Origin: Uliginosibacterium gangwonense
Lineage (GTDB): Bacteria > Pseudomonadota > Gammaproteobacteria > Burkholderiales > Rhodocyclaceae
DNA: 64,000 bases
Assembly: GCA_005239635.1 (NCBI GenBank)
Contig: SBBQ01000039.1
Span: 19,299-83,298, forward strand
Direction: 5' to 3'
In this document: piece after piece, positions 1 to 7,736 of the stretch
How positions within the stretch are numbered: the first letter of the stretch is position 1
How the letters are laid out: the number at the start of each line of letters is the position of its first letter
Translations under genes and position numbers: made by a program
The notes under the pieces: generated by a model
Told to the model about the DNA's origin: nothing
The model's database searches: none
The model's input: the letters and a program-made list of their open reading frames with translations, nothing else

Positions 1-346
1 GATGGAAGAGGTGAACCTGATTATGGTAAGGAAGACTCACCGCTGAAAATAATTTGCCAATCGCAATATGGGCGCAAGCTTCTTCGCGTGTTTCGCGCGC
101 GGCTGCTTCCGCAAGTGATTCGCCATTTTCCATAAACCCTGCGGGCAAGGTCCATAAACCATAGCCTGGGTGAATGGCCCGACGACACAGTAAAATGTTA
201 TTGTCATGTTAAACTAAGGCGCCGGCAATAATTTTTGGGTTCTCGTAGTGGATGGTGCTGCACTGAGTACAGACATAGCGGTGGCGCTGGTCTCCTTCGG
301 GAATTAGCCAGTCGAGCTTGGCGCCACATTGATTACAATAGTTCAC
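1..346 (-). pseudogene. Nudix hydrolase with N-terminal zinc ribbon (Nudix_N_2-like); 3' end lies outside the window; interrupted by an in-frame TAA
   Basis: Manual minus-strand translation from GTG 346: [48 protein letters not shown](211..209)[54 protein letters not shown]... The CxxC..CxxC ribbon and the Nudix box (Gx5Ex7REtxEE) are in the same frame on either side of the stop. The gene is missing from the ORF track because it is split. Confidence 0.6.
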
Positions 347-471
347 GGTATGGATCGCTGGTGATGGGTGGGCTTTGGGCTAAGTGTGCCACACGGTGAA
401 ATTTACCAGCAGATTGTGTGAGATTTTTGACGTACCTTTGACGAAAACTAAACGAATCCAAGTGTTCGAAC

Positions 472-499
472 TCAAGATAAGCCGTTAAGAGGCCGATAT
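472..499 (+). promoter_or_regulatory. Candidate sigma28 (FliA) promoter upstream of the HDOD-REC-GGDEF gene
   Basis: TCAAGataagccgttaagagGCCGATAT. It has a -35-like TCAAG and a -10-like GCCGATAT (consensus TAAAGTTT-N11-GCCGATAA). Spacing is one nt longer than the other local sites. It ends 46 nt before ATG 545. Confidence 0.45.
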
Positions 500-544
500 C
501 CTCGAAGCCCTATAAGTCGCTTTAGTTGATGTTTTTTGAGACAG

Positions 545-2473
545 ATGAGTAAGTCGTCCCTTCAAGTACCGATGAGTATTGCCCAGTTTGACGTGATTAA
601 AGCGTCAGGAGAACTGCCGTCTGCCAAAGGCGTGGCTTTGGCCATTATTCGGCTGGCTCAACGTGACGACATTTCAATTGGCGAACTGGCACGTATCGTA
701 AAAACGGACCCGGCCTTTGTGGGGCGCTTGCTGAAAGCTGCCAATAGTGTTGGCAAAGGAACGGGTAAAACGGTTTCAACTGTTCAAGATGCCATTACAG
801 TTGTTGGCTTACCGTCTGTCCGTAATCTCGCCTTAGGGTTCTCCTTACTGACTTCTCATCGCTCGGGTTTTTGTACACAGTTTGATTACGACCGATTCTG
901 GACTGGCGCCGCATTGTTTGCGGTTGCCATGCAATCAGTCAGTTTGTCCTGTGGCAGTTTGGCGCACGAAGATGCATTTGTTTTGGGCTTGTTGGCGCGC
1001 GTTGGCGAACTCGGTTTGGCGACCGCGTTCCCAGATGCCTATTCACAAGTGCTTGAAACTGCAGCAGGTAATCGGGCCGAACTTCGTTATTTAGAAGCGC
1101 GCCAAATTGGCATGAGTCATACGGAGCTGTCGTGTGCCATGTTGGAAGACTTTGGCTTGGCCAAGGTCTACGCGGATGGTGTGCGTTTTTATGAAGCGCC
1201 AGCGCAAAGTGGCTATGCAGAAGGTTCGCGGCCCTTCATGGTGATGTATTCGCTCGCATTGGCGCGCGCCATTACAGAACTGTGCCAAGCGTCAGAGGCT
1301 GAACAGCCAGAACTGATGTCAGAAGTATTACGTAATGCGGTGCGACTTGGCTTGGACGAGTCGAGTGTGATTGGCCTGTTAGACCAGTTGGCACATGACT
1401 GGGTGGATTGGAGTCATTTACTCCCGCTCACCCCCATTGCTTTACCGCCATTTAGCGCATTATTGGCGCGCACACGGGAAGGCAGCGTGTCGGCAGTCAC
1501 GCTCACCGCCAATCGCAATGCGATGCGGATTCTGGTGGTGGACGACGACGCCAGTATGCGTGTGATGCTCAAGGCGATGCTTGAACGCGCCGGCCATGTT
1601 GTCAAAGTGGCTGAGGATGGTCGCCAAGGCTTGGAAATGGCAACCGAGTTCCAGCCACAATTAATGGTGGTGGACTGGCTTATGCCTGAGATGAGCGGCA
1701 TTGAACTGGCCAGTGCACTACGCCAAACACGCGTAGGCCGCAGCATTTACATCGTCATTCTTACTAGCTTGGAAGAAGAAGACCGCTTGATCGAAGCGTT
1801 TGAGCATGGCGTGGATGACTTCATTAACAAGCCACTCAAACCACGTGTGTTGGCTGCGCGTATTCGCGCAGGTCAACGTGTGGTGTCGCTGCAGGAAGAA
1901 ATCGAAGCAGACCGCGAAGAGATTCGCCGCTTCGCCGCTGAATTGGCAACGACCAATCGTCGCCTACAAGAAGTGGCACTCACCGATGCATTGACCGGAT
2001 TCCCGAACCGTCGTTATGCGATGGAACGTATCGCACAAGAATGGGCTTCAGCGATTCGTTCTGGCCAAGACTTGGCCTGCATGATGGTGGATGTGGATGA
2101 ATTTAAGAAAATCAATGACGTGTATGGCCACGATATTGGTGACCAAGCGTTACGGCTGACGGCACAAGCACTTAAACAGGGTTTGCGTGCACATGATGTG
2201 GTGTGCCGAACGGGTGGTGATGAATTCTTGATCATTTGCCCCAACACCACGCTTGATCAAGCATTGGCGTGTGCTGAACGTGTGCGTCGTGCAGTTGATG
2301 GTTTAGAAATAAATTTGCCAAATGCCGTGGTGGATTTAACTATCAGCCTGGGTGTATCGGTGCGTGATGAAGCCATGGCCGATTTCGAAGCGTTGATTCG
2401 TCGCGCTGATCAAGCCCTGCTGCAATCCAAACAACGCGGCCGTAATCGTGTAAGCCAATTTGCGATTGCTTAG
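545..2473 (+). CDS. HDOD - receiver (REC) - GGDEF diguanylate cyclase
   Basis: ORF 536..2473 starts at TTG; the first ATG is at 545. HDOD-like N-terminus (LPSAKGVALAIIRLAQRDD..IVKTDPAFVGRLLKAANS). REC domain (RILVVDDDASMR..MVVDWLMPEMSGIEL..FINKP). Intact GGDEF (CRTGGDEFLII) with an RxxD I-site (RAHD) 5 aa upstream. Confidence 0.85.
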   Translation: MSKSSLQVPMSIAQFDVIKASGELPSAKGVALAIIRLAQRDDISIGELARIVKTDPAFVGRLLKAANSVGKGTGKTVSTVQDAITVVGLPSVRNLALGFSLLTSHRSGFCTQFDYDRFWTGAALFAVAMQSVSLSCGSLAHEDAFVLGLLARVGELGLATAFPDAYSQVLETAAGNRAELRYLEARQIGMSHTELSCAMLEDFGLAKVYADGVRFYEAPAQSGYAEGSRPFMVMYSLALARAITELCQASEAEQPELMSEVLRNAVRLGLDESSVIGLLDQLAHDWVDWSHLLPLTPIALPPFSALLARTREGSVSAVTLTANRNAMRILVVDDDASMRVMLKAMLERAGHVVKVAEDGRQGLEMATEFQPQLMVVDWLMPEMSGIELASALRQTRVGRSIYIVILTSLEEEDRLIEAFEHGVDDFINKPLKPRVLAARIRAGQRVVSLQEEIEADREEIRRFAAELATTNRRLQEVALTDALTGFPNRRYAMERIAQEWASAIRSGQDLACMMVDVDEFKKINDVYGHDIGDQALRLTAQALKQGLRAHDVVCRTGGDEFLIICPNTTLDQALACAERVRRAVDGLEINLPNAVVDLTISLGVSVRDEAMADFEALIRRADQALLQSKQRGRNRVSQFAIA

Positions 2474-2638
2474 TTGCTAATTCACATAGCGCATTTTTTT
2501 GTTTTGCCAATTCGCCTGAATATTGAATCGGCTATTGGTTAAACATGTGAAAAAAGCTTCGCCTTGCAGCATGCCTACCCCTAAAGGATGAGCATGCCGT
2601 GTCGATGCATACCTTAATAGAGAAATGCATCTCACGGT

Positions 2639-4414
2639 ATGTACGACAAACCCAATACATCAACAGCTCGTTTGCTCCAATCCGCCCAGCACGCCGCTAC
2701 GGTTTTGTTGGTTGAAGATTCGGAAGACGAAGCGCATCTGCTATATGCAGAGTTGATGGCGCGCGGCTTTAATATGGATTACACGCGCGTTCAAAGTCGC
2801 CAAGAGATGTCGCATGCACTTGATGCACATCAGTGGGACCTCATCATTTCAGACCATGTAATGCCGGGATTTGATTCGCTTTCTGCACTCGAAACCCTGC
2901 GCACCAGTGGCAAAGATATTCCTTTCATTATTTACTCCGGTTCGATCCCCGACGATTTAGGGCATCACGCTATGCTGTGTGGCGTAGGCGATGTGGTGCG
3001 CAAAGGTAATGTTGATCATCTATTGCCGGTACTGCATCGAGAAATTCGCGGCGCTCGTGCACGACTTTCAGCACGAGAAGCGGATAACCGCTTACAGACC
3101 ATCATTTCTACCGATACGTTGTCGGGGTTGCCCAATCTCAGTCGCTTCTGTGCACTGATTGATGCGAATTGCGATGATGACAACGAACCGCACGGTGCAT
3201 TGTTGTACATCGACATTGATCGTTTTATGCGCATCAACCAAAGCTTTGGTTACCAAGCGGGTGATGCGTTACTCACTATGATTGCGCGCAGGCTAGGTGA
3301 GTGTGTTGAATGCAACGCAACCCTAGGTCGACTCAACGCAGACAGATTTGGTTTGTATCTGCCCTCGGCAACCGACCATGCTGCCGCGCACACCATGGCG
3401 AATTGGGTGCTCAAGGCATTTGACATGCCTTTCAAACACGACAGCTACGAGCTTTGGCTCACGCCCAGCATTGGCATTGCGATGCTCCCAGATGACGGTG
3501 AAAACGCGCTTGAGCTGATTGCCCATGCTGAATCGGCGATGACGGTGGTAAAGCGTCAGGGCGGCAATGCAATTTGCTTTTTCCAGCCGGAACTCAATGT
3601 CGGCACGACCGAGCGCATGGCGTTAGAAACAGACCTGCGCTACGCCATTGATCGCCAAGAATTGGAAGTGCTTTATCAGCCGTGTTTGGATACCACGCGT
3701 CGTATTGTGGGCGTGGAAGCGTTGATGCGATGGAATCATCCGCTACGTGGCCCAATTCCGCCTACTCGTTTTTTGCCCATCGCAGAAGAAATAGGCTTGA
3801 TCGTCGAATTGGGTGAGTGGGTGTTGTATCAAGCTTGTTCCCAATTAAGAACGTGGCAATTGATGGGCTTGGAACAGCTTACGCTTTCAGTCAACGTGTC
3901 GGCTGTGCAGTTTAGTCAGCCACGCATTGTTACCACGGTGCATCGTGTGCTGAAAGAAACGGGCGTTAATCCCGCCAATCTAATTTTGGAATTGACGGAA
4001 AGCGTGCTCATGCAAGACGCGGGGTCGACGATTTCAATGTTGCGCTCGCTCAAGAACTTAGGGGTGCGCATTGCGATGGATGACTTTGGTACGGGCTATT
4101 CCTCGTTGGCTTATTTGAAGCGCTTCCCCATTGATTTGCTCAAAATTGATCGCTCGTTTGTACAAGAGCTGCCGGGCAATGACGAAGATGCAGCCATTGT
4201 GCGAGCAGTGATGGCGCTAGCGAGTAGTCTGCAATTGCAAGTGGTGGCAGAGGGCGTTGAAACGGAAGACCAATATCAATTTTTGAGTAGTGAAGGCTGC
4301 AATCGCTTTCAGGGACATTTGTTCTCGCCGGCATTAAATGCCGCCAAATTGGCTGAAATGGCCGTCGATGTAAGAATGGGTTGCGTCAGGCGCCAATATT
4401 CAATGCTCCACTAA
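2639..4414 (+). CDS. REC - degenerate GGDEF - EAL (EVL-type) c-di-GMP phosphodiesterase
   Basis: REC domain (VLLVEDSEDEA..LIISDHVMPGFDS). GGDEF-fold domain with NADRF in place of GGDEF. EAL domain with EVLYQP, EALMRW, ELTES, DDFGTGYSSL, KIDRSF and AEGVET motifs. Confidence 0.85.
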   Translation: MYDKPNTSTARLLQSAQHAATVLLVEDSEDEAHLLYAELMARGFNMDYTRVQSRQEMSHALDAHQWDLIISDHVMPGFDSLSALETLRTSGKDIPFIIYSGSIPDDLGHHAMLCGVGDVVRKGNVDHLLPVLHREIRGARARLSAREADNRLQTIISTDTLSGLPNLSRFCALIDANCDDDNEPHGALLYIDIDRFMRINQSFGYQAGDALLTMIARRLGECVECNATLGRLNADRFGLYLPSATDHAAAHTMANWVLKAFDMPFKHDSYELWLTPSIGIAMLPDDGENALELIAHAESAMTVVKRQGGNAICFFQPELNVGTTERMALETDLRYAIDRQELEVLYQPCLDTTRRIVGVEALMRWNHPLRGPIPPTRFLPIAEEIGLIVELGEWVLYQACSQLRTWQLMGLEQLTLSVNVSAVQFSQPRIVTTVHRVLKETGVNPANLILELTESVLMQDAGSTISMLRSLKNLGVRIAMDDFGTGYSSLAYLKRFPIDLLKIDRSFVQELPGNDEDAAIVRAVMALASSLQLQVVAEGVETEDQYQFLSSEGCNRFQGHLFSPALNAAKLAEMAVDVRMGCVRRQYSMLH

Positions 4415-4436
4415 TTCAATGGAATCATATGTTTAC

Positions 4437-4465
4437 AGGCTTGTAGGAAAAACACCTACAGGCCT
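4437..4465. repeat. Inverted repeat AGGCtTGTAGG-N7-CCTACAgGCCT between the EAL gene and flhD
   Basis: The core TGTAGG(4442..4447)-aaaaaca-CCTACA(4455..4460) was read directly. The same core with a 7-nt A/T spacer recurs at 39538..39556. Confidence 0.6.
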
Positions 4466-4585
4466 GCTGTCACTTGTTTGTACGAAACAATCCGAAACCG
4501 GCTGATTTTTCCGCTTGCTTCCGAAAGGCACACTGCGATCCATTGGCAATCCGCCAACGAGGTCAAAAATAAATCGGAGCAAAAA

Positions 4586-4903
4586 ATGAAGAACGCCGAA
4601 CTGAACAACGAAATTAAAGAACTCAACCTGGCCTACCTGATGCTGGCTCAGCAAATGGTACGTGCCGATCGCGAAGGCGCAATGTTCAAATTGGGCATCA
4701 GTGCAGAAATCGCCGATCTGATTGAAACGCTGACCCCCGGACAAGTTTTGAAAATGGCCTCCACCAGCATGGTGCTGTGCCAATTCCGTTTTGACGACCA
4801 ACTGTTGATTGGGTTGCTGTCGGGACATCAGCGCGATGCAGGTACTTCACACCTGCATGCCAGCATTCTTGCTGCAACGCGCCCAGTTGAAAGCATCAAC
4901 TAA
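4586..4903 (+). CDS. flhD: Flagellar master regulator FlhD
   Basis: 105 aa from ATG 4586 (SD cggag at 4575..4579): MKNAELNNEIKELNLAYLMLAQQMV..LCQFRFDD. It directly precedes flhC. The ORF-track start at 4478 is an in-frame upstream extension. Confidence 0.9.
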   Translation: MKNAELNNEIKELNLAYLMLAQQMVRADREGAMFKLGISAEIADLIETLTPGQVLKMASTSMVLCQFRFDDQLLIGLLSGHQRDAGTSHLHASILAATRPVESIN

Positions 4904-4942
4904 TTTCTCGTACACCACAAACCAATAAACAGGGGTCAGAAA

Positions 4943-5482
4943 ATGAAAAACAAGAGCATCGTGAATGAAGGTCGTGAAATCGCGCTAGCCGTTGAAATGA
5001 TTGAATTGGGCGCTCGCATGCAAATGCTGGAAAGCGAAACCCATCTGTCACGCGAACGACTGTTGAAGTTGTACAAAGAAGTCAAAGGCGTGTCGCCCCC
5101 GAAAGGTATGTTGCCTTTCTCAACCGACTGGTTCATGACTTGGCAGCCGAATATTCACTCTTCTCTGTTTATGTCTTTTCTGAAGTTCCTGCAGCGCCAC
5201 ACCGAAATGTCTGGCCTGCCCGCTATTATTAAGGCCTATCGTATGTACCGTAGCCATATCGAGCAACATGGTATGGAAGAGGTGCTGAGCCTGACACGCG
5301 CATGGACGCTGGTCCGCTTTTACGATGCCAAACTGCTTCAATCTACCCGCTGCACCTGCTGCGGTGGCGAATTTGTGGCGCACGCGCATGACCCGGTTAA
5401 GGGCTATGTGTGCGGCCTTTGCAATATCCCGGCACGTGCAGGCAAGACCAAGCGCGCCGCGGCAGAAGCGCTCGCAGCTTAA
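4943..5482 (+). CDS. flhC: Flagellar master regulator FlhC
   Basis: MKNKSIVNEGREIALAVEMIELGAR..STDWFMTWQPNIHSS; C-terminal Cys cluster CTCCGGEF..VCGLC, typical of FlhC. Confidence 0.93.
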   Translation: MKNKSIVNEGREIALAVEMIELGARMQMLESETHLSRERLLKLYKEVKGVSPPKGMLPFSTDWFMTWQPNIHSSLFMSFLKFLQRHTEMSGLPAIIKAYRMYRSHIEQHGMEEVLSLTRAWTLVRFYDAKLLQSTRCTCCGGEFVAHAHDPVKGYVCGLCNIPARAGKTKRAAAEALAA

Positions 5483-5602
5483 GTGTCACACGCAGTCTGA
5501 CCGCAGGATTCGGTCAGATGGTCAAAAAGTTTTTTGTAGTGTTGTCTCCCTCCCTGTAGTTGTTGCATGACTGACCTCCTCTCTGCGTAAGTGGAGAGCT
5601 CG

Positions 5603-5635
5603 GCCGCCGCGGCTTATTGCGGCGGCATTTTTTTT
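5603..5635 (+). terminator. Rho-independent terminator after flhDC
   Basis: GCCGCCGC(5603..5610)-ggcttatt-GCGGCGGC(5619..5626), followed by A and eight T. Confidence 0.8.
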
Positions 5636-5671
5636 GCCCAAGAAGCCGCATAAAACTTAGGTGGAAGGGGT

Positions 5672-5698
5672 TCAAGAATCTCAAAGCAAAACCGTTAA
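5672..5698 (+). promoter_or_regulatory. Candidate sigma28 promoter of the motAB-che operon
   Basis: TCAAGaatctcaaagcaaaACCGTTAA. It lies downstream of the flhDC terminator and 56 nt upstream of motA ATG 5754. Confidence 0.5.
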
Positions 5699-5753
5699 CC
5701 GGGGTGATACGCAACAACCGGCACAACGTGCCAAGAAATACGAAGGATCACAG

Positions 5754-6611
5754 ATGTTTCTCATCATCGGCTATGTCGTCATTCTTGCAGCAGCACTCGG
5801 TACCTACGCCGTGCACGGTAGTCTGGCCGCACTTTGGGTGCCGACTGAATACATTGCCATTGTGGGTTTGATGATCGGTGGCTTTTTGGCGGGTAACTCC
5901 GGCAAGTCAATTAAGGCCACCACGGCTGCACTGCCGAGCGTATTTAAAAATTCTCCGTACAACAAAGCGCTGTACATGGATGTGCTGGCGTTGCTGTTTG
6001 AAGTGCTGACCAAGGTGCGTAAAGAAGGTTTGATGTCGATTGAAGGCGACGTCGAGAATCCTGAAGCCAGTCCGATTTTTTCAAAATACCCCAATGTGAT
6101 TTCAGACCATCATGTGGTCGAGTTTATGACGGACTACCTGCGCATGATGGTAGGCGGCAATCTCAATGCCTTTGAAATTGAAAGCTTGATGGATGTAGAA
6201 ATGGAAACACACCATCAAGAAGCTCACGTTGCCCCACATGTCATGTCCAAAGTGGCAGATGGCGTACCGGCATTCGGTATCGTGGTTGCCGTGATGGGCG
6301 TGGTGAATGTGATGGGCTCAGTGGGCGAGCCGCCCGCCGTGCTTGGCAAAATGATCGGTGGTGCCTTGGTGGGTACCTTCCTCGGTATTCTGATTTCCTA
6401 TGGATTCGTCGCGCCGATTGCGAGCCAGTTGGAACAGAAGTCAGAAGAGTCCGGCAAGATTTATCAATGCATTAAGTCTGTATTGCTAGCGAGCATGAAC
6501 GGCTACGCCCCCCAAGTGGCGGTGGAATTCGGTCGCAAGGTGTTGTACTCATCAGACCGTCCGTCATTCTCAGAGTTGGAAGAAGATCTGAAAAACCGGA
6601 AAGGCAAGTAA
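5754..6611 (+). CDS. motA: Flagellar stator protein MotA
   Basis: ATG 5754 follows SD aagga. MFLIIGYVVILAAALGTYAV.. is a multi-TM MotA/TolQ/ExbB family protein and is followed by motB. The ORF-track start at 5661 is an extension. Confidence 0.92.
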   Translation: MFLIIGYVVILAAALGTYAVHGSLAALWVPTEYIAIVGLMIGGFLAGNSGKSIKATTAALPSVFKNSPYNKALYMDVLALLFEVLTKVRKEGLMSIEGDVENPEASPIFSKYPNVISDHHVVEFMTDYLRMMVGGNLNAFEIESLMDVEMETHHQEAHVAPHVMSKVADGVPAFGIVVAVMGVVNVMGSVGEPPAVLGKMIGGALVGTFLGILISYGFVAPIASQLEQKSEESGKIYQCIKSVLLASMNGYAPQVAVEFGRKVLYSSDRPSFSELEEDLKNRKGK

Positions 6612-6658
6612 TCCGCGACGCGGATAGTGCTTAAAGAAACCACATAGGTTCCGGTGAC

Positions 6659-7642
6659 ATGTCAGACGATACCCAACAACCCATAGTCGTAAAAAAAATC
6701 AAAAAAGGCGGCGGCGGCGCGCACGGTGGTGCGTGGAAAATCGCCTACGCCGACTTTGTCACGGCCATGATGGCGTTCTTTCTGTTGATGTGGCTGCTCG
6801 GCTCAACGGCTCAGGGTGATCTCAACGGTATTGCCGAATTCTTTCAAAACCCACTCAAAGTGGCGCTGCCCGGTGGCTCCGGCTCGGGTGATAGCTCTTC
6901 CGTGATTCAAGGCGGTGGCAAAGATCTTACGCGCTCTACCGGTCAAGTTAAAAATGGCTCAGTGGCTGAGAAGCATCGTTCATTCAATCTTGGCGCAATG
7001 CGTGAACAGGGTGATAACTGGCAAAAAGATGATGGTGAGCGTAATCAAGGCCAAGGTGAGCAAGCTGCCGATGCGGCAGCGGCAGAAAAACAGCGCATTG
7101 AACAACTGCGACAAGAGCAGAACAAACTACTCGAACTCAAAGCAGAAATTGAAGCGGCTATTGAGTCGCAGCCGGATTTGCGTGCCTATCGAAATCAATT
7201 GTTGTTAGACGTGACTTCAGAGGGGTTGCGCATCCAAATTGTGGATGAGCAGAATCGACCGATGTTTGATTCGGCTTCGGCCGATCTAAAACCCTATACC
7301 CGCATCATTTTGCGAGAGATTGGGCACGCCTTAAATGGTGTGAGCAATCGCATTTCAATTGCCGGCCACACCGATGCCGCGCGTTTTGCTGGCGGGATTA
7401 CAGGCTTTGGCAATTGGGAGCTATCGACCAGTCGCGCTAATGCCTCGCGACGGGAATTGCACGCGGGTGGTATGGACGATGAAAAGGTCATGCGTGTGGT
7501 TGGTTTGGCTTCGACGGTCTTGTTTGACAAGACCAAGCCAACAGCAGCGATTAACCGACGTATCAGCATTGTGGTGCTGAATAAGGCAACTGAAGAAGCC
7601 ATCTTGAACGACGGCAAAGCAGTCGAGGTTCAGTCCCGATAA
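6659..7642 (+). CDS. motB: Flagellar stator protein MotB (OmpA-like C-terminus)
   Basis: WKIAYADFVTAMMAFFLLMWLL TM segment with the conserved Asp. C-terminal peptidoglycan-binding region (ISIAGHTDA..NRRISIVVL). Confidence 0.92.
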   Translation: MSDDTQQPIVVKKIKKGGGGAHGGAWKIAYADFVTAMMAFFLLMWLLGSTAQGDLNGIAEFFQNPLKVALPGGSGSGDSSSVIQGGGKDLTRSTGQVKNGSVAEKHRSFNLGAMREQGDNWQKDDGERNQGQGEQAADAAAAEKQRIEQLRQEQNKLLELKAEIEAAIESQPDLRAYRNQLLLDVTSEGLRIQIVDEQNRPMFDSASADLKPYTRIILREIGHALNGVSNRISIAGHTDAARFAGGITGFGNWELSTSRANASRRELHAGGMDDEKVMRVVGLASTVLFDKTKPTAAINRRISIVVLNKATEEAILNDGKAVEVQSR

Positions 7643-7669
7643 CGGGGTGACTAATCCCTTGGTGGAAGC

Positions 7670-7697
7670 TCAAGGACTGCCTTAAAGCAGCCGTTAA
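7670..7697 (+). promoter_or_regulatory. Candidate sigma28 promoter upstream of the membrane MCP
   Basis: TCAAGgactgccttaaagcaGCCGTTAA (N15 spacing). The -10 element ends 3 nt before the ORF-track ATG 7701, so a downstream start (7737 or 7749) is more likely. Confidence 0.4.
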
Positions 7698-7736
7698 GCG
7701 ATGGGAAGGCTTTATGCCGCGCCAGCAACCAGAGAA

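Noticed and set aside
4478-4585. N-terminal extensions offered by the ORF track for flhD (4478), motA (5661), cheR (14766), cheD (15616), flgB (40755), flgK (49340), the PAS-MCP (12402) and fliI (62277).
   Set aside because: In each case an internal ATG has a properly spaced Shine-Dalgarno sequence, or an ATGA/TGATG overlap with the upstream gene, and the conserved family N-terminus begins there. The extensions have no family similarity, and several use TTG or GTG starts.
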